Shown piece after piece: positions 8,271 through 16,440 of a stretch of 32,000 nt of DNA. This stretch comes from Coprobacillaceae bacterium (GTDB lineage: Bacteria > Bacillota_I > Bacilli_A > Erysipelotrichales > Coprobacillaceae), in NCBI GenBank assembly GCA_963675515.1, contig OY776328.1:1830001-1862000 (forward strand). The letters are read 5' to 3'. Position 1 is the stretch's first letter. Every line of letters begins with the position of its first letter. The notes beneath the pieces were generated by a model, which was not told the DNA's origin, ran no database searches, and worked only from the letters and a program-made list of their open reading frames with translations. Position numbers and translations under genes: made by a program.

Positions 8271-10601
8271 ATGGCACTTAGCGAAATATCCGGCTTGAGT
8301 TCAGACGAAATCAAAGGCCGAGTGGCCTTAGGTAAAGTCAACAATTTCCACGCATCCAACAGCCGTAGCTACAAAGATATTTTTTTCTACAACATTATCA
8401 CTTTTTTCAATTTTCTCAACCTTTTTTTGCTTGTTCTGGTATTGTCTACCAGGTCCTTTAGCAACGCATTGTTTGGAACGACCTTTGTCATCAACACCAC
8501 AATAGGAATCATTCAGCAAATCAGGGCAAAAAGAATTCTCGACCGGTTATCCAGCACCAAACCTGCAATAACCACGGTTGTCAGGGATGGCCAGGTTCAA
8601 AAAATACTTGATAATCAAATTGTACTCAATGACGTTGTCGTTTATGGAGCCAATGACCATATCGGTGTCGATTGCCATATTCTGGAAGGAAGCGGCGAAA
8701 TCAACGAGTCACTGATCACCGGAGAAGCCAACGGAATATTCAAAACAATTGGTGATTATTTGCTCTCGGGATCGATAGTGATCAATGGCAAAATTTATTG
8801 CGAAGTTGACCACGTTGGCCCCGACAATTATATTGAAAAAATCATCAAGGAGGCCAAACAATTCCGCCTTCATACCTCGAAGCTATATCGCTATTTGAAC
8901 AAAATTTTAAAAGTGGTATCTATTATTATCATCCCATTGGGGTTCATCTTGTTCTTGCAATCGTTCTATGTTTTGAAATTGGGTCTCAATGCGAGCATTA
9001 TCGCCATGACGGCGAGCCAGATAGGCATGATCCCTCAGGGACTTGTACTGCTCACTTCAATCTCATTGACAATCGGAACTATAATTTTGGCAAACAAGAA
9101 CATCCTCGTTCAGGAATTGTACTCGATTGAGACGTTGGCTCGTGTCGACACGCTATGCATCGACAAGACCGGAACATTGACGTTAGGCAAGATCCGTGTC
9201 GATGACATCATCAATCTGACCGACCTTGACACAAAAGAGGTGGTCGGCAATATGCTTAGTCACCTGGAAGTTGTGAATGAGACAGGCCGAGCACTAAAAG
9301 ATCATTTTCCAATTCATACAAATTACAAATGCGAACTGGTGTCCCAGTTCAACTCCGTGACTAAATATTCCCTTGTTACTTTTAAGGGTATCGGGACCTA
9401 TTACCTTGGTGCTCCAACATCAATATTCGATCAGCTTGACCCCGATGAGCTGTTGCTTATAAGCAACTATACGACCGAAGGATACAGGGTGCTAGGATTA
9501 GGCTACTCGCCACTGACATACCGGCAAGAAAAACACCAGCACATCAAGCTGGTGGCGTTGATCATCCTTTCCGATATTCTCCGCCCCAATGTCAATGAGC
9601 TGTTTGATTTTTTTGCAGAAAACAAAGTTGAAATCAAGGTCATCTCCGGTGACGATTTCAATACCGTATGCAATATTGCTTTGAAATGCGGTTTGACCAA
9701 TATCAAAGGACTGAATTGTTCCAATCTTGAAAAACCGGAACTTGAAAAACAGGCGCTGGAGTACAATGTCTTCGGTAGGGCCACACCCGAACAAAAAAGG
9801 ATTCTTGTAAAGTACTTCAAGCAGCAAAAAAGGACCGTTGCAATGACAGGAGACGGCATAAACGATCTGCTGGCGCTAAAAGACGCCGACTGTTCGATCG
9901 CTTTAGGATCCGGATCACAGGCAACCAAAAATATTGCCAACATCATTCTCCTTGACGACGACTTCAGTTCTCTTAAAGATGCATTGCAACAAGGGCGTCG
10001 TGTCATCAACAACATTTCCAATTCAGCTATTATTTACCTGATCAAGACCTTCTTTTCAATCATTTTGACATTATGTGCCATACTTTTTTCAATTCAATAC
10101 CCTTTCCAACCGGTGCAACTAAGTCTGATTTCGGGTGTTGCCGTCGGATTGCCGACCTTCTTTTTGACATATGAGCCCAATTACAACCGAATCAACGATG
10201 ATTTTTTCTTCAAAATATTTCTTCACTCCTTGCCTGTCGCTATTTCAATATGCATAAATGCGGTTTTTATTGTTCTGATTGGCCGCCACCTGGATTTGGA
10301 TACCTTCCAGATCGCCATGATTTGCGTCGCCAACAACGGTGCCAACTATTTCTACACCCTCTTTAAAATCTATCAGCCACTGAATAGATTCCGCATTTTG
10401 ATATTGGTTTCAAGTTTCAGCATTTTCATTGTTTCACTGTTCCTATTGAAAAGCATCATCAAAGTCGCTATGATTGACTTGGCAGGATGGTCGGTTTTTG
10501 GAGCATCTTTGATCGTAAGTTTGATAATTATCAAACTCAGCAAGTATGCCATTTTGTCCATCTACAAACTGTATTATACAAGGAGAAAACAATGGAAATA
10601 G
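8271..10601 (+). CDS. Cation-translocating P-type ATPase (P2-like, HAD-IC family)
   Basis: It has the phosphorylation motif CIDKTGTLT, the hinge TGDGINDLLALKDAD and an actuator LITGEA motif, with about 10 TM. ATG 8271 is preferred over the track's GTG 8262. Confidence 0.85.
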   Translation: MALSEISGLSSDEIKGRVALGKVNNFHASNSRSYKDIFFYNIITFFNFLNLFLLVLVLSTRSFSNALFGTTFVINTTIGIIQQIRAKRILDRLSSTKPAITTVVRDGQVQKILDNQIVLNDVVVYGANDHIGVDCHILEGSGEINESLITGEANGIFKTIGDYLLSGSIVINGKIYCEVDHVGPDNYIEKIIKEAKQFRLHTSKLYRYLNKILKVVSIIIIPLGFILFLQSFYVLKLGLNASIIAMTASQIGMIPQGLVLLTSISLTIGTIILANKNILVQELYSIETLARVDTLCIDKTGTLTLGKIRVDDIINLTDLDTKEVVGNMLSHLEVVNETGRALKDHFPIHTNYKCELVSQFNSVTKYSLVTFKGIGTYYLGAPTSIFDQLDPDELLLISNYTTEGYRVLGLGYSPLTYRQEKHQHIKLVALIILSDILRPNVNELFDFFAENKVEIKVISGDDFNTVCNIALKCGLTNIKGLNCSNLEKPELEKQALEYNVFGRATPEQKRILVKYFKQQKRTVAMTGDGINDLLALKDADCSIALGSGSQATKNIANIILLDDDFSSLKDALQQGRRVINNISNSAIIYLIKTFFSIILTLCAILFSIQYPFQPVQLSLISGVAVGLPTFFLTYEPNYNRINDDFFFKIFLHSLPVAISICINAVFIVLIGRHLDLDTFQIAMICVANNGANYFYTLFKIYQPLNRFRILILVSSFSIFIVSLFLLKSIIKVAMIDLAGWSVFGASLIVSLIIIKLSKYAILSIYKLYYTRRKQWK

Positions 10602-11041
10602 TATTACAACAATACCGGTCGCTTATCAAAAACTATGATGATGTGATAACACTTTACAGCAACACAAGCGCCTTTATCATGCAATTTTTCCCAAACATCT
10701 CATGGGCGGGGTTTTATCTGGACAAAGGAGCACACCTACAACTGGGACCTTTCCAAGGCAAGGTGGCATGCGAAAAGATCGCATATAACCGTGGTGTCTG
10801 CGGCAAGGCTTACCGTGAAAAAAGCGCTACGAACGTTCCCGATGTTCACCGCTTCGAAGACCATATAGCCTGCGACAGCGCTACCAACAGCGAACTCGTC
10901 ATCCCGATATATATAAATGATATCGGTATCGGGGTCCTTGATCTTGATTCGACGGAGTTTGATCGCTTCGATACAAAGACCCAGGAAATATTCGAAAAGC
11001 TTGTCGAGATATTGATTGAACAGCTGACAATGTGCCGCTAA
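10592..11041 (+). CDS. GAF domain protein, free methionine-(R)-sulfoxide reductase (YebR/MsrC-like) family
   Basis: 149 aa counted from ATG 10592 (AGGAG RBS), overlapping the ATPase stop by 10 nt. The pattern WAGFYL...LGPFQGKVACEKIAYNRGVCGKA...HIACDSATNSELVIPI is the pattern I associate with fRMsr-type GAF proteins. Confidence 0.7.
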   Translation: MEIVLQQYRSLIKNYDDVITLYSNTSAFIMQFFPNISWAGFYLDKGAHLQLGPFQGKVACEKIAYNRGVCGKAYREKSATNVPDVHRFEDHIACDSATNSELVIPIYINDIGIGVLDLDSTEFDRFDTKTQEIFEKLVEILIEQLTMCR

Positions 11042-11060
11042 ACCGGGACATTGTTTTTTT
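11027..11060 (+). terminator. Intrinsic terminator after the GAF gene
   Basis: 7-bp stem acaatgt / acattgt with a 14-nt loop, then a T7 run. Confidence 0.5.
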
Positions 11061-11146
11061 GTTTTGAGTAGTAATTTAATTTACTTTTTTGAAAAAATAT
11101 ACATATAGTTTTTGAATTATGATATAATCATTTGCAGGAGGTTTTT

Positions 11147-11521
11147 ATGGATACATCAATTAAAAGAGGCAGCATCATTTCTGTCAAAATTACCGGAATT
11201 CAGCCTTATGGGGCATTCGCCCTATTGCCTGACAACTCAACCGGGTTGATTCATATTTCCGAGATATCCGACAAATTTGTCAAATCAATTGAAAAATTCG
11301 TCAATATCGACGACGTTGTGAAAGTCAAGGTGTTGGATTTCGACCAAGACAATCATGCAAAGTTGAGCTTAAAAGCCGTTAATCGCAGAAACCGCCGCAA
11401 TAATCGAGTTTACTATAAAAACCCAAGAAGGCTGATCAAGGAAACGCCTAAAGGATTTGATTCTTTGGCCGATCTTTTGGATGGTTGGATTGAAAAAGGA
11501 ATAGTGGAGGAAAAGAAATGA
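11147..11521 (+). CDS. S1 RNA-binding domain protein (YugI / general stress protein 13-like)
   Basis: [38 protein letters not shown] is a canonical S1 fold sequence, and the C-tail is basic. AGGAGG lies before ATG 11147. The stop overlaps the pgi start (ATGA). Confidence 0.8.
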   Translation: MDTSIKRGSIISVKITGIQPYGAFALLPDNSTGLIHISEISDKFVKSIEKFVNIDDVVKVKVLDFDQDNHAKLSLKAVNRRNRRNNRVYYKNPRRLIKETPKGFDSLADLLDGWIEKGIVEEKK

Positions 11522-12798
11522 TTAATTTAGATTTATCGCAAGCTAAATTGGCTGAAGACCTGTCAGCATACGCTGGCAAAGTGAAAGAAATTCACCAAAT
11601 GATCAATGAAGGAACTGGACTTGGTAACGACTTTTTAGGTTGGTTGACTTTGCCATCTGACCATGACAAAGCCGAAGTTGAGTTGATCAAAAAAACCGCA
11701 GCAAAATTGCGCGAAGAAGTTGACGTATTGTTGGTTTGCGGAATCGGTGGTTCTTATTTGGGAGCACGTGCAGCAATCGATGCAGTAAACGGATTATACG
11801 GAAAAGACAAAATGGAAATCATCTATGTTGGGAACACTTTTTCTTCAACATATATCAAACAAGTTGCTGAGTATGTAAAAGACAAGGAATTTGCGATCAA
11901 CGTTATTTCCAAATCAGGTACAACTACTGAAACTTCAATCTCTTTTAGAATTTTCAAGGAAATGCTTGAAAACCAAAAGGGTAAAGAAATAGCAAGACAA
12001 AGAATCGTTGCGACAACTGACAAAGCAAGAGGTGCTTTGAAAACCTTGGCTAACAACGAAGAATACGTTACATTCGTAATCCCAGACAACGTCGGTGGTC
12101 GTTTTTCGGTACTTACTGCAGTTGGGTTGTTCCCAATCGCAATGGCCGGAATCGATATCGACGCGATGTTGAAAGGTGCATTGGATGCAAGCCAAAAATA
12201 TAACGACGACAATATCGAAACAAATGATTCTTATCGTTACGGTGTAGCCCGTCAATTGTTGGGAAAACAAGGTTACCCTGCTGAAATGTTCGTGACATAC
12301 GAATTGCAATTGGCTATGGTTGCTGAATGGTGGAAACAGTTGTATGGTGAATCTGAAGGTAAAGACGGAAAAGGAATTCTGCCTACTTCGGGAACATTCT
12401 CAACAGACTTGCACTCATTAGGACAGTTCGTACAAGATGGATCAAAGGTATTGTTTGAAACAGTATTGCAAATTGACAATCCTGCTTTGGATATCGAAGT
12501 TCCACATGACGCTGATGACCTGGATGCCTTAAACTATCTGACTGGAAAAACAGTTGATTACGTAAACAAAAAAGCTGCAGAAGGCACAATCGATGCCCAT
12601 GTCAACACTGGAAATGTACCAAATATCTTGATCAACCTTGAAAAAATGGATGCTTACGGCTTTGGATACATGGTTTACTTCTTTGAATTGTCTTGCGCAA
12701 TGAGCTGCTACTTCTTAGGAGTCAATCCATTCAACCAACCTGGTGTTGAAGTTTATAAAGCTAACATGTTCAAATTGTTAGGAAAACCTGGTTGCTAA
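11518..12798 (+). CDS. pgi: Glucose-6-phosphate isomerase
   Basis: 426 aa with a [33 protein letters not shown] and [16 protein letters not shown] are motifs of Gram-positive Pgi. Confidence 0.92.
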   Translation: MINLDLSQAKLAEDLSAYAGKVKEIHQMINEGTGLGNDFLGWLTLPSDHDKAEVELIKKTAAKLREEVDVLLVCGIGGSYLGARAAIDAVNGLYGKDKMEIIYVGNTFSSTYIKQVAEYVKDKEFAINVISKSGTTTETSISFRIFKEMLENQKGKEIARQRIVATTDKARGALKTLANNEEYVTFVIPDNVGGRFSVLTAVGLFPIAMAGIDIDAMLKGALDASQKYNDDNIETNDSYRYGVARQLLGKQGYPAEMFVTYELQLAMVAEWWKQLYGESEGKDGKGILPTSGTFSTDLHSLGQFVQDGSKVLFETVLQIDNPALDIEVPHDADDLDALNYLTGKTVDYVNKKAAEGTIDAHVNTGNVPNILINLEKMDAYGFGYMVYFFELSCAMSCYFLGVNPFNQPGVEVYKANMFKLLGKPGC

Positions 12799-12809
12799 TA
12801 ATTTATTGC

Positions 12810-12845
12810 AAAGGTGTGAGGGAACGTTCTCTCCACCTTTTTTTC
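12810..12845 (+). terminator. Intrinsic terminator after pgi
   Basis: Stem aaaggtgtgag / ctc-caccttt with one bulge, followed by a T-run. Confidence 0.6.
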
Positions 12846-12870
12846 TTTACGGTATTTTTCGAAAAAACAT

Positions 12871-12899
12871 TTGACACATGAGTCAATGTTTGTTATTAT
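12871..12899 (+). promoter_or_regulatory. Promoter of the tRNA array
   Basis: Consensus TTGACA (12871-12876), a 17-nt spacer, then TATTAT (12894-12899), about 19 nt before the first tRNA. Confidence 0.55.
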
Positions 12900-12917
12900 A
12901 TATTGGCACTGACAAAC

Positions 12918-12993
12918 GGGGGTTTAGCTCAGTTGGGAGAGCATCTGCCTTACAAGCAGAGGGTCGGCGGTTCGAGCCCGTCAACCCCCACCA
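12918..12993 (+). tRNA. tRNA-Val (anticodon TAC)
   Basis: Cloverleaf read by hand: acceptor GGGGGTT/AACCCCC, anticodon arm tctgc-cttacaa-gcaga, GTTCGAG T-loop, encoded CCA. Confidence 0.92.
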
Positions 12994-13015
12994 TTTATTA
13001 TAAGCAATCAAAAAT

Positions 13016-13091
<76 letters not shown>

Positions 13092-13094
13092 TAT

Positions 13095-13178
13095 GGAGGA
13101 GTAGCGAAGTGGCCAAACGCGGCTGACTGTAACTCAGTTCCTTTCGGTTCGGTGGTTCGAATCCGCCCTCCTCCACCA
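13095..13178 (+). tRNA. tRNA-Tyr (anticodon GTA)
   Basis: Acceptor GGAGGAG/CTCCTCC, anticodon loop ctgtaac, long variable arm as expected for bacterial Tyr, encoded CCA. Confidence 0.9.
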
Positions 13179-13183
13179 TCTAT

Positions 13184-13259
13184 TGGGGTATAGCCAAGCG
13201 GTAAGGCAACAGACTTTGACTCTGTCATCTCCCTGGTTCGAATCCAGGTACCCCAGCCA
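13184..13259 (+). tRNA. tRNA-Gln (anticodon TTG)
   Basis: Acceptor TGGGGTA/TACCCCA, anticodon arm acaga-ctttgac-tctgt, encoded CCA. Confidence 0.9.
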
Positions 13260-13267
13260 ACTTTTTT

Positions 13268-13343
13268 GACCCGCTAGCTCAGTCGGTAGAGCATCTGACT
13301 TTTAATCAGAGGGTCAGGCGTTCGAGTCGCCTGCGGGTCACCA
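13268..13343 (+). tRNA. tRNA-Lys (anticodon TTT)
   Basis: Acceptor GACCCGC/GCGGGTC, anticodon arm tctga-cttttaa-tcaga, encoded CCA. Confidence 0.92.
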
Positions 13344-13354
13344 TTTTAAATATT

Positions 13355-13437
13355 GCGGGTGTGGCGAAATTGGCAGACGCACCAGACTTAGGATCTGGCG
13401 GGTAACCGTGGGGGTTCGAGTCCCTTCACCCGCACCA
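13355..13437 (+). tRNA. tRNA-Leu (anticodon TAG)
   Basis: Acceptor GCGGGTG/CACCCGC, anticodon arm ccaga-cttagga-tctgg, long variable arm, encoded CCA. Confidence 0.9.
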
Positions 13438-13448
13438 TACTAACAACA

Positions 13449-13470
13449 ACGGCTATTATGGCCGTTTTTT
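13449..13470 (+). terminator. Short intrinsic terminator closing the tRNA array
   Basis: Stem acggc / gccgt with loop tattatg, then T6. Confidence 0.5.
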
Positions 13471-13541
13471 GCTTTCAATTTATTTACCCGATATCCAAAT
13501 TGTTCGAACTTTTTATAAATATTAGGCCTGTCATAACATTG

Positions 13542-13609
13542 TATATTGTTCAAGTTTGAAACAATATATAATTGGTTAAGGACACAATTTCAATTATAAT
13601 TGTGTCCTT
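13542..13609. other. Two adjacent perfect hairpins at the tRNA-proximal edge of the AT-rich island
   Basis: Hairpin 1 has the stem tatattgtt (13542-13550) / aacaatata (13560-13568). Hairpin 2 has the 12-bp stem aaggacacaatt (13578-13589) / aattgtgtcctt (13598-13609). Neither has a clean U-tract on either strand. Confidence 0.5.
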
Positions 13610-13620
13610 CATAGAAATAT

Positions 13621-13905
13621 TTAATTTAGTTTTCTATCCCCCCAAAGCGTAATAGAATTCAAAGTCAAGAAAACGAGCATAGTTAACAAAAACACGAGAT
13701 AATATGATCTATTTTCATTAGTGGATGTTATCATACTGGTATCAATGTTCATAATATCAACTATTAAATAAATCATTATTAGAAGAATTCCAGAGAAAAC
13801 GACAATTCTAGCGTGCAATAATTTTGCTATCTTCCCGAAAATTCTAAAAACATCAAAAATTATCACCAAAACCAAAATGCATTCAACAAGATAAAATATT
13901 CCCAT
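13621..13905 (-). CDS. Small 3-TM membrane protein, immunity-like, paralog of 15328-15609
   Basis: 94-aa ORF whose ATG lies 2 nt after the stop of the upstream ORF, so the two are translationally coupled. It has three hydrophobic helices and a conserved ITSTNE.R.YY loop shared with the 93-aa ORF. Confidence 0.6.
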   Translation of the reverse strand: MGIFYLVECILVLVIIFDVFRIFGKIAKLLHARIVVFSGILLIMIYLIVDIMNIDTSMITSTNENRSYYLVFLLTMLVFLTLNSITLWGDRKLN

Positions 13906-13907
13906 AG

Positions 13908-14528
13908 TTATTTACTCACATAAGTGCCCTTTCCGTAATAAGTATTAGGCTCTTTAGCAGTCGGATAATTTGTCCAAACATCAGTCAAGCTGTGACTATA
14001 CCATTGGCCTTGATATGAGGTGTAAAACTGTGAATGTATTATCCCCTTCCCAGCATTACGAGCATCAATGTATGGCTTCTGAGACATATATGTGTCAAAT
14101 TCAGATAATAATATTGCTGCAGAAAAATATGTTGTACCCGCCCCAACCCATGCAGCTAGCGCCGTTGCAACTGCTGTCGAAAATCCTTTTTTTACCAAAT
14201 AGCTAATTGCATATTCTAACGATTTACCTGCTATGACTGGTATAGTGCCCTTAAATTCATTTATGAAGGACCCCGAACTGAACCCAGCACAAGTATATAT
14301 AACATCAACTTTAGAAATATATTCTATTTTTCTCATCCAAATGTTACCATTATAAATTACACTAGGTGCATCACTTTTATAATTCCAATATGCACCATTT
14401 GTTTGAGAATAGTGCGATGTACCATTCAATACTCCGTCAAAAATTGAACTCAGGGAATAAATACTTTCCGAATTATTCAATGAATATAACACCTGTTCCG
14501 CTTTTTCCTCAATATACTCTTTAAACAT
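13908..14528 (-). CDS. Hypothetical protein, distal reading frame of a frameshift-split ~261-aa gene (candidate effector/toxin)
   Basis: The 206-aa ORF from the track has no RBS before its ATG, and its frame stays open upstream to the A7 tract at 14626-14632. It has one Gly/Ala-rich hydrophobic helix (STAVATALAAWVGAGTTYFSAAILL) and an aromatic/Gln-rich tail. No family is recognised. Confidence 0.55.
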   Translation of the reverse strand: MFKEYIEEKAEQVLYSLNNSESIYSLSSIFDGVLNGTSHYSQTNGAYWNYKSDAPSVIYNGNIWMRKIEYISKVDVIYTCAGFSSGSFINEFKGTIPVIAGKSLEYAISYLVKKGFSTAVATALAAWVGAGTTYFSAAILLSEFDTYMSQKPYIDARNAGKGIIHSQFYTSYQGQWYSHSLTDVWTNYPTAKEPNTYYGKGTYVSK

Positions 14529-14545
14529 TGGAGCTTTATCATAAT

Positions 14546-14692
14546 CTAATATGTATGGATTTTCAGAAGTCCCATCACCTGATACAATTGAAGCGTCAAT
14601 TTCATCTTCATATATTGTATCAATATTTTTTTAACATCACCTTTCGCATAAATATCGTATTTGTTAACTAAACTAACACATTGACTGTTCAT
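14546..14692 (-). other. Proximal reading frame (48 codons) of the same split gene; carries the real start signal
   Basis: ATG 14692 is preceded by AGGTGG with a 6-nt spacer. It reads MNSQCVSLVNKYDIYAKGDVKK, then enters the A7 tract. In this frame it terminates at 14546; one extra A would fuse it to the 13908-14528 frame. Confidence 0.5.
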
Positions 14693-14831
14693 TTAATACC
14701 ACCTGATCTTGTTCAATCCGTTCAATGATTATCCATTCAAAGGACATCGTATTTTTAATTTCTGTTTTAACAACTGTCTGTCTTGCTTTTTTATTGCTTT
14801 CTAATTCTACAAGATGCCTGAAAAACAACAA

Positions 14832-15041
14832 TCAAAAGAATGATATTCTTCTCGAAAAAACCAACAATATCGGTAGAACAATAGTTATATATATCAAAAT
14901 AGAAAATAACTCAAGCACAGTGTTATCATGAATAAAAAAATTATCCACAATAAAGATGAATTCACTGATAACCAAAAAATATATTCGACTTGCAAATAGT
15001 ATGAATGCCCCCTTAATTAGAACCTCTGACCATTTCGCCAT
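14832..15041 (-). CDS. Small 2-TM membrane protein, first gene of the island cassette
   Basis: 69-aa ORF with AAGGAG at 15058-15053 (11-nt spacer). It sits downstream of a near-consensus promoter and has two hydrophobic helices. It could instead be a chance ORF in AT-rich DNA. Confidence 0.4.
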   Translation of the reverse strand: MAKWSEVLIKGAFILFASRIYFLVISEFIFIVDNFFIHDNTVLELFSILIYITIVLPILLVFSRRISFF

Positions 15042-15072
15042 CGTGTATCTATCTCCTTATCCCAACAGCTTA

Positions 15073-15101
15073 ATACTATCACAGGAAATTGATGGAGTCA
15101 A
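15073..15101 (-). promoter_or_regulatory. Near-consensus sigma-70 promoter of the island cassette
   Basis: The minus strand reads TTGACT (15101-15096), the 17-nt spacer ccatcaatttcctgtga, then TAGTAT (15078-15073) with an upstream TG (extended -10). Confidence 0.5.
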
Positions 15102-15327
15102 TATCCGTCATAATGAGCAATAAAAACAATTGTGTGTTTTTTGTATTCTGCGGTACGATGTTTACAACAAAAATATTTTATTAATCGATTCATTACAAAT
15201 CAAACACATAGAAAACATAATTCTCTAGCAGAAATTGCGTAAATCAATATTCATTCGCAATAGGCCCACAATAAATTATCACATGCGTGTAAATGCTAAG
15301 GGGCTAAGATCCTATAAATTATACTCA

Positions 15328-15609
15328 CTATCTATCCTTGTAAAGCGTAACACCACTTATCATAAGGAATGAAGATAAAGTTAAAACAAATAGATAATAG
15401 TAATTTCTATATTCATTAGTTGAAGTTATCAAGCTAAAGCTGGTACCGATGTCCATAGTCTCAATTGCAATATAGATTAAAATCAGAAAAAGACATCCAA
15501 AAAAACTAATAGCAGAGTGCAATTTCTTGGATATTTTTTTTGCAAGCCGCAAGATAGCAAAAATTATTAGTATAGTTAAATAGAATTCCATGAAAAAATA
15601 TAGTCTCAT
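15328..15609 (-). CDS. Small 3-TM membrane protein, immunity-like, paralog of 13621-13905 (orphan copy)
   Basis: 93-aa ORF with an AGAGG RBS 8 nt upstream. By hand alignment about 40 of about 92 positions are identical to the 94-aa ORF. Confidence 0.6.
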   Translation of the reverse strand: MRLYFFMEFYLTILIIFAILRLAKKISKKLHSAISFFGCLFLILIYIAIETMDIGTSFSLITSTNEYRNYYYLFVLTLSSFLMISGVTLYKDR

Positions 15610-15962
15610 TTTTAATACCTCTCACACATCAAACACAATTTACATTTTTCCTTTTAACACAAAGGGTTACCACCAAATAATTTGAAGAACAAGTATGACT
15701 AGATGTGTAAAATTTCAAATATTTATAACAATCGTGTCCAAATAATGCGTCTAGCTACAACTATCTTCGCAAGCCAAAATACGCTTCCTGTGGTTTATAG
15801 ACATTCAAGTATAGTATTAAAAATTATGTTCTATTACCATTCTACAAATTTGGCTATTACCCCAATATTTATTTCAGACCCATTATTATCTTTGACAATT
15901 ATTTTTACAGGATAAGATGTTAAAGTTAATACCTAGAATCCCGCGTAAATTTATAACAACAC

Positions 15963-16440
15963 CTAAGGTAGCGGGATGTTGAATGATTCATAGATGATTC
16001 GCCGTTCCTTTGTTACTGGAGCAATGATGCTTTGGCTGTTGATATCTTGGATACGCAACTTTGCAAGGATTTGGAGAAGCTCTTTCATCGTGTGTTTTTT
16101 GTACAAGCCCATTTCATTCATCACTTTGTTGATTTCTGACATGATCACTGATGCAATGAATCCGACAAATAGTTTCCCCTGCATCGCATTATCGCTGCGA
16201 ACTCGTAACCTACCAAGGTCGATGCGGTTTTAAGATTTTATTCAATAACGTCTGTCCTGATGTTGACAGTGTATCCATTGTCCTTCTTTTCGAATTTGCG
16301 GATAATCAGATACTTTCCACATTCCGCGTCATGTAGCCATTTTTCAGGATTTTCAGTTGCCTTTTGCCGGAGCATGGCTATTGAAGAATAAAGGTCTTCA
16401 CGGATTCCCACAGCCTTTTTAGCGCTGTAGTTATAACCTT
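15963..16440 (-). pseudogene. Decayed DDE transposase remnant (IS4/IS1634-like C-terminal part)
   Basis: The hand-translated minus strand gives GYNYSAKKAVGIREDLYSSIAMLRQKATENPEKWLHDAECGKYLIIRKFEKKDNGYTVNIRTDVIE, then an in-frame TAA. The expected NRIDLGRLRVRSDNA is readable only in a shifted frame. The original frame then resumes with MQGKLFVGFIASVIMSEINKVM...PLP. There is no intact N-terminal or catalytic part and I saw no terminal inverted repeats. The remnant may extend further toward about 16650. Confidence 0.65.

Noticed and set aside
9498-10021. Minus-strand ORFs of 109 and 172 aa
   Set aside because: They lie antisense within the P-type ATPase P-domain coding region. No independent support.
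11823-12589. Cluster of minus-strand ORFs inside pgi
   Set aside because: These are shadow ORFs of a highly expressed, codon-biased gene. No RBS or family signal.
14725-14931. 68-aa plus-strand ORF in the island
   Set aside because: It has no RBS, overlaps the minus-strand 69-aa ORF, and runs against the promoter-defined direction of the cassette. It is probably a chance ORF in AT-rich DNA.
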